Source: an uncultured virus (IMG/VR IMGVR_UViG_3300005294_000012) (Duplodnaviria; Heunggongvirae; Uroviricota; Caudoviricetes). From it: a stretch of 64,000 nt of DNA. The stretch is taken from the IMG/VR virus record IMGVR_UViG_3300005294_000012, one strand, 5' to 3'. A model generated the notes under the pieces. The model saw only the letters and a program-made list of their open reading frames with translations, was not told where the DNA came from and ran no database searches. Positions within the stretch are counted from its first letter, which is position 1, and every line of letters begins with the position of its first letter. Of the stretch, positions 50,200-59,119 are shown piece after piece. Position numbers and translations under genes: made by a program.

Positions 50200-50655
50200 T
50201 TGTCTGAGAATTCGATCAAGCGTCCCCGGCCACGCCGCAAGCAGTCGCGCTGGGTCTGGCCGCGCTGGCTGGTAGTCACCTTCGTGTGCCTAGTGCTCTG
50301 CCTGGTCGCGGCAGTGATCTCGTTCAGCATCAACCCGCAGGACCAGACGCTCGAATCGGCGGAGCCGACACCGACCCCGTTACCGACCGCGACCTGGACG
50401 GTCTACGTCCCGGTGATGTCACCCCAGTGCGCCGAGATGCTGGAGACCGCAGACACGCTCTACGACACCTCGGTGCTCAACGAGCAACAGCTGCTGGCCG
50501 TGGCCAAGCTCGCCGTGGACGGTGCCGAACAGGGCAGCGCGACCAAGCTGATCGAGGCCGGCAAGACGGTCGAGAAGGCCCAGAAGCTCACTCCGAAACT
50601 TAAAGCCGCACGAACCAAGTTCCTCGACCAATACCGAAAGTGTGCAGATTCATGA
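50200..50655 (+). CDS. Membrane-anchored protein
   Basis: Basic N-terminus, one TM, PTPTP linker; AAGGAG RBS. Confidence 0.7.
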   Translation: MSENSIKRPRPRRKQSRWVWPRWLVVTFVCLVLCLVAAVISFSINPQDQTLESAEPTPTPLPTATWTVYVPVMSPQCAEMLETADTLYDTSVLNEQQLLAVAKLAVDGAEQGSATKLIEAGKTVEKAQKLTPKLKAARTKFLDQYRKCADS

Positions 50656-51971
50656 TCATCAGCTGGCTCGACATGGGCGTCCACGTCGGCGCCTACGCCC
50701 GGGAGAACCTGCTCAGCAGGTGGGCCGCGTACGACGAACCCGAGGGCGAGTCGAAGGATCTGCGGATCCGGCTCAACGTCTACCCCGACCACGCCGACGC
50801 CTGGTGGTTCCCCAAGGACCGAGACCCGAACGACCCAAACACCGGGCCCTTCATCAGGCTCACCGCCAAGAAGGGTGATGCTGAGGAGGCCAAGCAGTTG
50901 GCCATCACCTGGGTCCGGCGCGAGTTCGGGGTCGACATCGTGCAGCGCAAAGAGCCTGAGATCCGGCCGATCCGCGTGCACCCCAAGACCCGCGAGGTGA
51001 TGCAGGAGATCGGGATGATTTCGGCAGACCCTAGCTTCGGAGGCGTGGTCTGGGCCGACGAGTTGAAGTCTTGGGAGTGGCACCAGGTCGGCGGGAACAA
51101 AGACATCCGTCATGGCGTACGCAGCACCCCGGATGGTCGAGCCCAGATGCACGTCACCATCACCCCTCGCGGCGATGACTTCGGATACCAAGGACGGATC
51201 GAGCTGGACGCCTGGGAGCGACGTTGGGTGCACACCGTGAACAGCCTCAAAGCAGAAGATATCGACGCTCTGGCTGAGGACTGGGCCGACTCGATCGTGG
51301 CCAAAAATCCTAATGAGCCCATCGAGATGGACCCGATAAGCACCACCGATGCGGTCTATTGGGCCGAGACGTTCACCAAGCGGTTCGGCGGGAAGTACAT
51401 CACCGCCTACACAGCAGACCCTGAAGAGGGCGAGGTCGACTTCGGGACCATGGTGGCCTGGTTTGCCAATGCCATCGAAACTGGACGCAAAGCCGGTCAT
51501 GTGCAGATCGATCCGGAGGAGAAGCTGGTCGAGCTGCTACAGCGGAAGGTCGCCGGCCTCGAAGAGATGCTCGACCAGGAGCGGAAGAACAACAAGGCGC
51601 TGCAGCAACACCTGGTCACCAAGAGCGAGGCTGTGCCCGATGAGGATGCGCTGCCCAAGGTGCCACTGGTGCCGGCAGATGACGTCGAGGCCAGCTTCAT
51701 CGCCGATCTGGACCGGCTGGTTGACGGGATGCGGGAGCGGATCCGGGTGCTGCAGCAATGGCGCACCAACCTGCTCAACGGCTCCGACCAATACGAGATC
51801 CAACGCAACGAGATCCAACGTCGCGAGGCCGCGCTCGATGACCAGATCGAGCAGGCGTATCTACGCGGCAAGGAGTTCGCAGTAACCCAAATCAAGAGCG
51901 GCCTCGCCGACATCTGGTTCGGTGCAGACCCGCCACTACGAGAGGAGCAAGACCATGACGATGATCGATGA
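50652..51971 (+). CDS. Hypothetical protein with C-terminal coiled coil
   Basis: Long ORF, coupled start. Confidence 0.7.
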   Translation: MIISWLDMGVHVGAYARENLLSRWAAYDEPEGESKDLRIRLNVYPDHADAWWFPKDRDPNDPNTGPFIRLTAKKGDAEEAKQLAITWVRREFGVDIVQRKEPEIRPIRVHPKTREVMQEIGMISADPSFGGVVWADELKSWEWHQVGGNKDIRHGVRSTPDGRAQMHVTITPRGDDFGYQGRIELDAWERRWVHTVNSLKAEDIDALAEDWADSIVAKNPNEPIEMDPISTTDAVYWAETFTKRFGGKYITAYTADPEEGEVDFGTMVAWFANAIETGRKAGHVQIDPEEKLVELLQRKVAGLEEMLDQERKNNKALQQHLVTKSEAVPDEDALPKVPLVPADDVEASFIADLDRLVDGMRERIRVLQQWRTNLLNGSDQYEIQRNEIQRREAALDDQIEQAYLRGKEFAVTQIKSGLADIWFGADPPLREEQDHDDDR

Positions 51972-52169
51972 GCCGCGCTTGACCGACGCAGCGATCGCCC
52001 ACCGCAAGGACGTCGAGGCGATGCTGGCGCCCTTGCCACCGCACCCGGACGACCTGTTCATCCACATCTCGGGTGCTGACGTACCCGACAACGTTCCGGT
52101 GCACGTCTGGCTGAAGTTCAAGGCCGAGGTGTACGCCTATATCGCGAACAAGCTCAAGGACCTCGGGAC

Positions 52170-52667
52170 ATGATGTTCTGGCGCAAGTGGTGGGGCAGCG
52201 CCTACCGGAGGCGACTCCGCGAGCTCGAGCAACTCGCCGCGCAGAAGGCCGAAGGCGCGATGGGCCGGCACGTGCTGGTCAGTACGCGGAGCGGCAAGAA
52301 GGCGATGACCGAGGCTATGGTCGCCAAGGCGCAGGCCGAGGGCAAACAGGTCTTGATCTGGGATCCGAAAGGTGACCTCGAGGACTGGCCGGCGTACCTC
52401 CGTGAAGGGATCAGGATCGGCCAGTGGCCACGGTCGGGCAAGTCCCAGGTGATCGTCTCCGGTGGAGGCGGGATGGGCGGTTCGTACGACCAGCGCGCGC
52501 TACAGATCATGACCGACGAGCTCGAGGGGCTGGCTGCGCAGCTGAACCTCTGGGCCGATGGCAACAACAAGACGACCACGCAGCGGGCCATCGCCACCGA
52601 GCAGCGCAACATCGCCCGCCAGCTGCGACAGATCGCCAAGGGAGGCAAGGCCGAGGATGGACGCTAG
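52170..52667 (+). CDS. Hypothetical protein
   Basis: Coupled ORF. Confidence 0.6.
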   Translation: MMFWRKWWGSAYRRRLRELEQLAAQKAEGAMGRHVLVSTRSGKKAMTEAMVAKAQAEGKQVLIWDPKGDLEDWPAYLREGIRIGQWPRSGKSQVIVSGGGGMGGSYDQRALQIMTDELEGLAAQLNLWADGNNKTTTQRAIATEQRNIARQLRQIAKGGKAEDGR

Positions 52668-53286
52668 GTTCTCCCCGCAGCCCTGGACGCGGCCGGCCAC
52701 GCCGAAGACCCAGCGCAAGCACGGCAACTTCCGAACCAGCTACACCCGGACCCTGGAGAAGCTGCAGTACGAGCTGGAGAAGATCGGCGCCACCGAGATT
52801 CTGTTCGAGTGTTCGTTCCACGCCAACCAGATCCGGCTCGACGGCTGGCCCAAGGCCAACCAGTCCCCGGAGTACAACGGGATCGCGGTCAGCTTCAACC
52901 ATCCTGAAGTTGGCCGGGTCGAGTACGTCACCGACCGGTACTTCTTGTGGCAGGACAACCTGCACGCCATCGCCTTGACGCTGGAAGCGCTGCGCGGCGT
53001 CGAACGCTGGGGTGTGGTCGCATCCGGCCAGCAATACACCGGGTTCAAGGCCATCGAATCGGGCAACGGATCGCGTCGGCCGGCAGCTGTGTGGATCGCC
53101 AAGCTGGTCGAACCCGACGACGCCGAGCGGCAGAAGGTCGTGGTCGACGGACTGCTGACCAAGTCCAGCCACATGACCAAGGTGGTGGTCCGACAGGCCA
53201 AGATCCGGGCCCATCCAGACACCGGCGGCAGCCACGACATGTACCAGCTGCTCACCGAACGACTAGAGACATTGGGGTTGTCATGA
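52657..53286 (+). CDS. Phage protein with C-terminal J-domain-like HPD motif
   Basis: DRY..WQDNLHAIALTLEALRGVERWG family motif; AHPDTGGS. Confidence 0.8.
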   Translation: MDARFSPQPWTRPATPKTQRKHGNFRTSYTRTLEKLQYELEKIGATEILFECSFHANQIRLDGWPKANQSPEYNGIAVSFNHPEVGRVEYVTDRYFLWQDNLHAIALTLEALRGVERWGVVASGQQYTGFKAIESGNGSRRPAAVWIAKLVEPDDAERQKVVVDGLLTKSSHMTKVVVRQAKIRAHPDTGGSHDMYQLLTERLETLGLS

Positions 53287-53798
53287 GTGATTTGCAACCG
53301 TGGGGACGACCAGGCGGCGACAAGGGCCGGGTCAACTACGACACCATCAACGGCGGGCCCGAGATCGAATCGATCAACGGCGCCACCAAGAAGGGCGACA
53401 GCGGCTTCCACGATCCCTACCAGAAGCCGCCGGCAGGATTCGAGGACTGGCACCAGGTCGGGCAGTCCAACATGGACACGATCAACGAGGCCGCAGAACG
53501 GCAGAAGGCCCTGGAAGGCGCCGGGTTCAAGTACGACTCGAGCAACGGCACCTGGGTGGGACCGTCGGGCCGTACGACCACGCTGTTCGGCAACGATCCC
53601 GGCCCTGAGGGCGGCGTGGACTACCACTGGGATCGGCAGGGCGCAGGCAGCGAGCGAGGCCAGATCGAAGGCCAGTACGGCGACGATCCGCGCCGGCAGG
53701 GCGACGACGACAAGGGCACCGAGATGCCTTCCGGGCTGAGCAGCTTTCTTGAGAAGTGGACCATCTGGGGGCGGATCCTGAAGCACTTCGGGCGGTGA
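53283..53798 (+). CDS. Gly/Asp-rich hypothetical protein
   Basis: ATGA-coupled low-complexity ORF. Confidence 0.6.
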   Translation: MSDLQPWGRPGGDKGRVNYDTINGGPEIESINGATKKGDSGFHDPYQKPPAGFEDWHQVGQSNMDTINEAAERQKALEGAGFKYDSSNGTWVGPSGRTTTLFGNDPGPEGGVDYHWDRQGAGSERGQIEGQYGDDPRRQGDDDKGTEMPSGLSSFLEKWTIWGRILKHFGR

Positions 53799-53801
53799 GT
53801 C

Positions 53802-54299
53802 ATGGGTTGGGGCGACGATCAGGACGACCAGACCTGGGATGACGTCGCGTCCGACCGCAACCAGGAGCCGACCGACCGCTATCGCCGCGACCCGAACCAG
53901 CCCTACCGCTCCATCTGGGACGACCCCGATGATGATGAGGAGGAGAACCCGGCCGAAGGCTACAAGTACCGCAACAACGGTCTGGTCCAGAACAAGGGCA
54001 ACAGCATCTGGGGCGCGCCGGCGCCCGGTACCCGGTGGGGCGACGGTCCGAACAACGTCGACCTGGACGATCATGGTGATCCGGTCGGACCGCGCGGCGG
54101 AGTCAGCTACGGCGGCTTCGGGTTCCACCGGGGGCAGACCGGGCACGGGGTCAAGACCAAGTACGACGACGTGCTGGCCAAGTACCAGACCATCCGCCAT
54201 CCCGGCGGGGCGATGCGCAGGAAGATCAAGGCCGAACTGGAGCGCCGGATGCCGAAGGCCGAAGCGAGGAAGATCATGAAGGACCACAACTGGCTATGA
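53802..54299 (+). CDS. Asp/Gly-rich hypothetical protein with basic C-terminus
   Basis: Starts 3 nt after the preceding stop. Confidence 0.6.
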   Translation: MGWGDDQDDQTWDDVASDRNQEPTDRYRRDPNQPYRSIWDDPDDDEEENPAEGYKYRNNGLVQNKGNSIWGAPAPGTRWGDGPNNVDLDDHGDPVGPRGGVSYGGFGFHRGQTGHGVKTKYDDVLAKYQTIRHPGGAMRRKIKAELERRMPKAEARKIMKDHNWL

Positions 54300-54447
54300 C
54301 CTGGATGGAAATGCTGCACCAGCTGGCCGAGCGGAGCGCGACCGGATCGTTCGTCGCGTTGATGCTGCTCGGCCTGGTGCTCGGCGTTCCCGTGGTGACC
54401 TTCTTTGTGTGGCTGAACTCCCTTTTCGACGGGAGTAGGTCCTAATT

Positions 54448-55848
54448 ATGGCCAGGCGTCCCGGCATGATCCGATACGGCAGTTTCGCCGAGGTGACCAA
54501 CGGTGTCATCGGTTTCGTGCCGTGGGTCAAAGACAAGGTGCGGCGCTATATCTGGGGCATTGTCTGGCCCGGGATATTCGCAATTACGATGACGTGCCTG
54601 CTGGCTTATGGCCAGCACAAAATGGCCGAGATATTCGCCTCCGCCTCGATCGCCTTGGTCACGATCAAGCTGTTCATGGTCGCCTCGCAGCTGATATTGA
54701 TGGGTTTCACGGCGGCGTTGCTGTGGGGAATGCACCACACCTCGCAGGCGGTGATGCCCACATTCAGTGTGGAGATTCCGCGTTTCGAGCCGCGTCCACC
54801 GCCGAACCTGGAGGCCGGCGAGACCTGGGAAGAGTGGCTCCGCAAGGGCGTACGCATCGGCCGTTGGCAGGGTGAGGTCGGGTCGCTCGAGCCCGGTGAC
54901 ATCTGCTGGATGCCGATCGTGGACGTCCACCCGTTCATCGCGGCCGAGTCCCGGATGGGCAAGTCGACGCTGCTCTGGGCGATCCTGTGGGAGCTGAAGC
55001 CGGCCATCGAGGCGGGCGTGGTCGAGATCATCTTGTTCGACCCGAAGAACGGCATGGAGATGGCGCCGGCAGTGGCGCTGGGTCTGGTCAAGTCCATGGA
55101 GCGGATGGGCCGTCCCGAGGGCATGGTGGACGAGGTCGATAACTTCTTCTACGGCCAAGACGTCGGGCACCCGGACCCGAACAATCCCGAGCGCTGGATC
55201 GGCAAGAAGTACGAGGAGACGTTCGTCCCGCCGCTGGAGCACCACGTGCAGCTGATGCGGGAACGCGCTTCTGAGGTGCGCGGTTCGATGCAGTGGATTC
55301 CGGCCAGCCGGAAGCATCCGCGCCGCATCGTGATCGTGGACGAGGGCGCCTCGCTGGCCCGCCCGTCGGCCAACCTGAACACCCGGCAGCGGATCATCTC
55401 CGCGATGCTGAACCTCTGCGACCAGGGCGCAGGCGCCGGCTACACGATCATCACCGCGACCCAGCATCCCGACGTCAAGAAGGTGCCGTGGCGCCACGGT
55501 CTGATCGGTGCCGGCCTGTGTGGCCGGGTCAAGACCTGGGACGCGGTCGACATGGTGCTGGGCCGGGGCAGCTACGCGCGCGGCGCCTGGGGCGATCAGC
55601 TGAGCTCCAAGGTCAAGGGCGTGTTCTTCATGTCCGGTCACGGCGCCTGGCAGCTGCGGGTGCAGAACGCCAAGCCGAAGTTCACCCGGAAGCCTCCGGA
55701 CCGTGGCGGCGGTAAGGAGATCGAGGAGTTCAACCCGAGTTCGGAGCCGACCAACGCGCAGCTGGCGCAGGTGGTGCCGCTCCGTAACCGCAACATCTGG
55801 CCGGTCCGGGAGAACGTCGGCGGGGACCGCGAAGTAGGGGCCGCATGA
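54448..55848 (+). CDS. Membrane FtsK/SpoIIIE (TraB-like) ATPase
   Basis: N-terminal TM segments; ESRMGKS, FDPKNGME, IVIVDE, ATQHP motifs. Confidence 0.85.
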   Translation: MARRPGMIRYGSFAEVTNGVIGFVPWVKDKVRRYIWGIVWPGIFAITMTCLLAYGQHKMAEIFASASIALVTIKLFMVASQLILMGFTAALLWGMHHTSQAVMPTFSVEIPRFEPRPPPNLEAGETWEEWLRKGVRIGRWQGEVGSLEPGDICWMPIVDVHPFIAAESRMGKSTLLWAILWELKPAIEAGVVEIILFDPKNGMEMAPAVALGLVKSMERMGRPEGMVDEVDNFFYGQDVGHPDPNNPERWIGKKYEETFVPPLEHHVQLMRERASEVRGSMQWIPASRKHPRRIVIVDEGASLARPSANLNTRQRIISAMLNLCDQGAGAGYTIITATQHPDVKKVPWRHGLIGAGLCGRVKTWDAVDMVLGRGSYARGAWGDQLSSKVKGVFFMSGHGAWQLRVQNAKPKFTRKPPDRGGGKEIEEFNPSSEPTNAQLAQVVPLRNRNIWPVRENVGGDREVGAA

Positions 55849-55849
55849 G

Positions 55850-56386
55850 ATGGTTACCCGACTTCAGATCGTTGACGACCCGGGTGAGGACGACCGCGAC
55901 GAGGAGGCTGCCGGCGTCCCGCAGCGGGAACGCGCGGCCAACATAATGGGCACCGAGCGCCGCCAGCTGATCATCGAGCTGGCCCGGGGTACCCGGCGGA
56001 TCGTTGATCTTGCCTTCGAGCACGAACGCCCGCCGCAGGTCATCTCGAATTTCAAATACCGGAATAAGCAGGAGATCCTGCAGATGCGACGGGTGCTGGA
56101 TTCCAAAACAGCTGATCTACATTTCGCAATTCAGCTGCACCGAATCGCCGATGCCGAGCGCCATCTGGCCTTTCTCGATGATCAGATCCGCAGAATGCAG
56201 GAGGGATTCCTGGACGGCGAGGAGGTCGACACCAAGGAATTGCGAGGTCTTATCGCCGACGCGTCGAAACTTCGTAAGGAGATCCGCGAGGAATTGAAGC
56301 CGACCATGTCCCTGGGCGATATTCAGGTGACCCCGTCGAAGAAATACGGAGGCCAAAACTGGTTTGGTGAGGAGGGCGAGACATGA
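55850..56386 (+). CDS. Terminase small subunit-like HTH protein
   Basis: HTH-like N-terminus plus helical hairpin; ATGA overlap with the TerL-like gene. Confidence 0.55.
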   Translation: MVTRLQIVDDPGEDDRDEEAAGVPQRERAANIMGTERRQLIIELARGTRRIVDLAFEHERPPQVISNFKYRNKQEILQMRRVLDSKTADLHFAIQLHRIADAERHLAFLDDQIRRMQEGFLDGEEVDTKELRGLIADASKLRKEIREELKPTMSLGDIQVTPSKKYGGQNWFGEEGET

Positions 56387-57678
56387 GTATGCCTGTTCTC
56401 CTCGACGACTACGTGGCGATCGGTTCCAACTGGGAGGCGTGCACAGCTACCGAGCAGGAGGTGATCGTCACCGGTCAATCGGGCAGCGGGAAGACCCGCG
56501 CGCTGCTGGAAAAGGTCCATCGGGCTTGCAAGGAGTTCACCAACATCAAGGTGTTGCTGCTGCGCAAGCGCAGTGCTGATCTGGCCGGCAGCGCTCTGGA
56601 GTTGTTCCGTGATCATGTCGCTGGGCCGGCGCTGCACACCGGTGAGGTGAGGTTCTTCGACGCTTCCCGCTCGGAGCCGGCGCGCTATGAGTACCGCAAC
56701 AGCGGGTCGATGATCGTGCTGGGTGGGCTGTGGCCTCCGACGCAGGCGACCAAGGTCACCAACTCGGAGTGGGACATCGTCTGTGTGATCGCGGCGAACG
56801 AGCTGACCGAGCACGACTGGGAGCTACTGATCCCGCTATGCCGCAACGGGTCGCTGCCGATCAACCAGCTGATCGGAGAATGCCAGCCACAAGGCGATGA
56901 TCACTGGATCCTGCAGCGCGCCAAGCGCGGCCAGCTGCGACTCATCGAGGGCGTCATCGAGGACAACCCGCGCTGGTTCCGCAACGGCGAGATAACCAGG
57001 GAGGGACGGGCCTTCATCGCCAAGCTGGACGCTCTCACCGGGGTCACCAAGCTGCGCAACCGGTACGGCTACTGGGTGGCCGCACAAGGCCAGTGCTGGC
57101 CCAGCTACAACGACAAGGTCCACCTGATCGAGCCGTTCCCGTTCCCGTTCCACTGGCCCACCTGGTGGAGCATCGACTTCGGGAAGGTGCACCCGTTCGC
57201 GTTCGGGCTGTTCACCATGGACCCCAACGGCCGAGCGTTCCTAGTGAAGCAGATCCACATGTCCGGCCGGGAGACCGAGGAGCACTGCCGCGACATCCTG
57301 CGGATCACCCAGCCGTACGCCTCGCCGACCGACATCATCACCGATCACGCGGCCAACGACGTGGCGATCTGTGAGCGGATGTTCGGCCGCAAGGTGGTCT
57401 TGGCCAACAAGTCCGTACTCGAGGGCATCGACTACGTGGAGAAGCGGTGGGCGCAGCGCAAGCTGTTCATCTTCGATGACTCCCTGGTCGAGATCGATGA
57501 GACGTTGCGGTCGCGTGGCCGGCCGATCGACCTGCAGTCGGAGATCCCGGGGTACGTGTGGCAGTCGGGCAAGCGTTCCAAGGAGGGCCCGGTGAAGGCC
57601 TGGGACGATAGTTGTGACATGACGCGTTACTTCATCGCCGAGCAGGACGCGCCCGAGCAGTGGGAGGTGAGCTGGTGA
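56383..57678 (+). CDS. Second terminase large subunit (PBSX-like)
   Basis: GQSGSGKT, EDNP, SIDFG..HP, ITDH, PVKAWDDSCDMTRY. Confidence 0.85.
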   Translation: MSMPVLLDDYVAIGSNWEACTATEQEVIVTGQSGSGKTRALLEKVHRACKEFTNIKVLLLRKRSADLAGSALELFRDHVAGPALHTGEVRFFDASRSEPARYEYRNSGSMIVLGGLWPPTQATKVTNSEWDIVCVIAANELTEHDWELLIPLCRNGSLPINQLIGECQPQGDDHWILQRAKRGQLRLIEGVIEDNPRWFRNGEITREGRAFIAKLDALTGVTKLRNRYGYWVAAQGQCWPSYNDKVHLIEPFPFPFHWPTWWSIDFGKVHPFAFGLFTMDPNGRAFLVKQIHMSGRETEEHCRDILRITQPYASPTDIITDHAANDVAICERMFGRKVVLANKSVLEGIDYVEKRWAQRKLFIFDDSLVEIDETLRSRGRPIDLQSEIPGYVWQSGKRSKEGPVKAWDDSCDMTRYFIAEQDAPEQWEVSW

Positions 57679-58053
57679 GCGCTCTAGGCGAGTACGCCGT
57701 CAAGACGGTCGCGGCAGGCATGGCCTTGATCAAGATGCTGGGGTTTCTCAAGACCGAGGACGAGAGCCTGGTACTGACCCGCGCCGAGGTGGAGGCGATC
57801 ATCATGACGATCCGCGAACAGGCGACAGAACTCAAACTTCGCAATATCAGGGGGCGGCAGCGGTGATCCCGATGATGATGGTCGACTGGAACCGGCCGAT
57901 GTGGGTGATCTTCATGATCTGCATGACCGTGATCATCTGTGTGACGATCAGCAATCTGCACCGGTGGTTCAAGTGAAAGACGGCTGGAGCCTGGTCCGCT
58001 TCTGCATGGTCTTGGTGATCATTGCAGTGGTTGCAAACGAGTTGCTGAAGTGA
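57675..58053 (+). other. Two or three very small genes, including hydrophobic peptides
   Basis: Chain of overlapping short ORFs between TerL2 and the PH-domain gene. Confidence 0.45.
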
Positions 58054-58685
58054 TTAGCGTTGCAGCTGTCGGCCGGCCGTTCCGGTACGCCGGGATGTTC
58101 TCCGCCGCCGGCGCCAGCTGGATCTCTCGGAAGCTGGATCCCAAGGTGGACCGGGAGATCATGACTGAGATCGGTGAGCGGAAGGTGCTGGAGATTCGCA
58201 AGCACTGGTTCGCCTCGAACTGGGCGATGATCCGGATCTTGTTCAGTGCGATCGTGCTGGGCTGGTTGACGGCGCTGACGCCCGAGCACTGGTATGAGTG
58301 GGTCGGTTTCTTCTGGGTGGTCTGGGTGATCATCTTCATCGCCACCCGCGCGGTGTGGCGGGTGCTGGAGCACTACCGGGACCGGTTCGTGATCACCAAC
58401 CAGCGGATCCTGCGCTGTGATGGGGTAGTCGGCACCGATACCGCGATGATTCCGTTGAAGCGGATCACTGACATCACCGTCAAGCAGTCGGTGTGGGGGA
58501 AGCTGTTCAACTACGGCCACATGATCTTCGAGTCCGCCGGCCAGGTGCAGGGGCTGAACGAGATCCGCTACGTGGCCAACCCGCGCAAGCGCAAGCGCAT
58601 CCTGCTGATCGCCATGAACGGCGACAATCCCGAGGCCCTGGTCCTCGACCCGTCCGAGGGGAACCCCAATGACGATGGCACCTGA
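58050..58685 (+). CDS. Membrane protein with bacterial PH domain
   Basis: IRKHW, two TM segments, FVITNQRI..G, IPLKRITD, GKLFNYG...ESAG. Confidence 0.85.
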   Translation: MISVAAVGRPFRYAGMFSAAGASWISRKLDPKVDREIMTEIGERKVLEIRKHWFASNWAMIRILFSAIVLGWLTALTPEHWYEWVGFFWVVWVIIFIATRAVWRVLEHYRDRFVITNQRILRCDGVVGTDTAMIPLKRITDITVKQSVWGKLFNYGHMIFESAGQVQGLNEIRYVANPRKRKRILLIAMNGDNPEALVLDPSEGNPNDDGT

Positions 58686-58807
58686 GCAGATCCTGTTCTC
58701 GATCGGACTGCTGCTCTGGCTGTTCGCCTGGATCGCCATCTTGCTCGAACTGCTGTACCACCTGGTGCGCTTCGAGATCTACCTGTGCAGGAAGCTCCGC
58801 CGGATGA

Positions 58808-59065
58808 TCAAAGCAAGACGGTCGGATCCCATCCCTCAGTGATCTGGTAGACCCGCCGGCGGGGGCGTCCTGGCTCGAGATCGGGCTCGTGCTCCCAGGT
58901 GCTGGAGAGGCAGTGCTCGCGCTCGAGCCTGGCCAGAATCGGATAGACCACCCCGCTCGCTACGCCGGCGCGTACGGCGACCTCGTAGCCATAGATGCTT
59001 TCCTCCTCGTCGCGGAGTTGGATGATCGCTCGGACCACGGCTTTGACGGCCATCGTTTTCTTCAT
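58808..59065 (-). CDS. PadR-family transcription regulator
   Basis: YGYEV...GVVYPILARLE...W...GRPRRRVYQITEG. Confidence 0.85.
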   Translation of the reverse strand: MKKTMAVKAVVRAIIQLRDEEESIYGYEVAVRAGVASGVVYPILARLEREHCLSSTWEHEPDLEPGRPRRRVYQITEGWDPTVLL

Positions 59066-59084
59066 AATCCGTATGCTACATGTG

Positions 59085-59113
59085 TTGACTACGACCCGCA
59101 ACTAGTTCATAAT
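59085..59113 (+). promoter_or_regulatory. Sigma70-type promoter, probably leaderless, divergent from PadR
   Basis: TTGACT-17 nt-CATAAT; ATG 59120 follows after 6 nt. Confidence 0.7.
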
Positions 59114-59119
59114 TGAGGT

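Noticed and set aside
52170..52667. P-loop NTPase (STRSGKK, PRSGKS)
   Set aside because: Protein is too short and lacks a convincing Walker B and fold context
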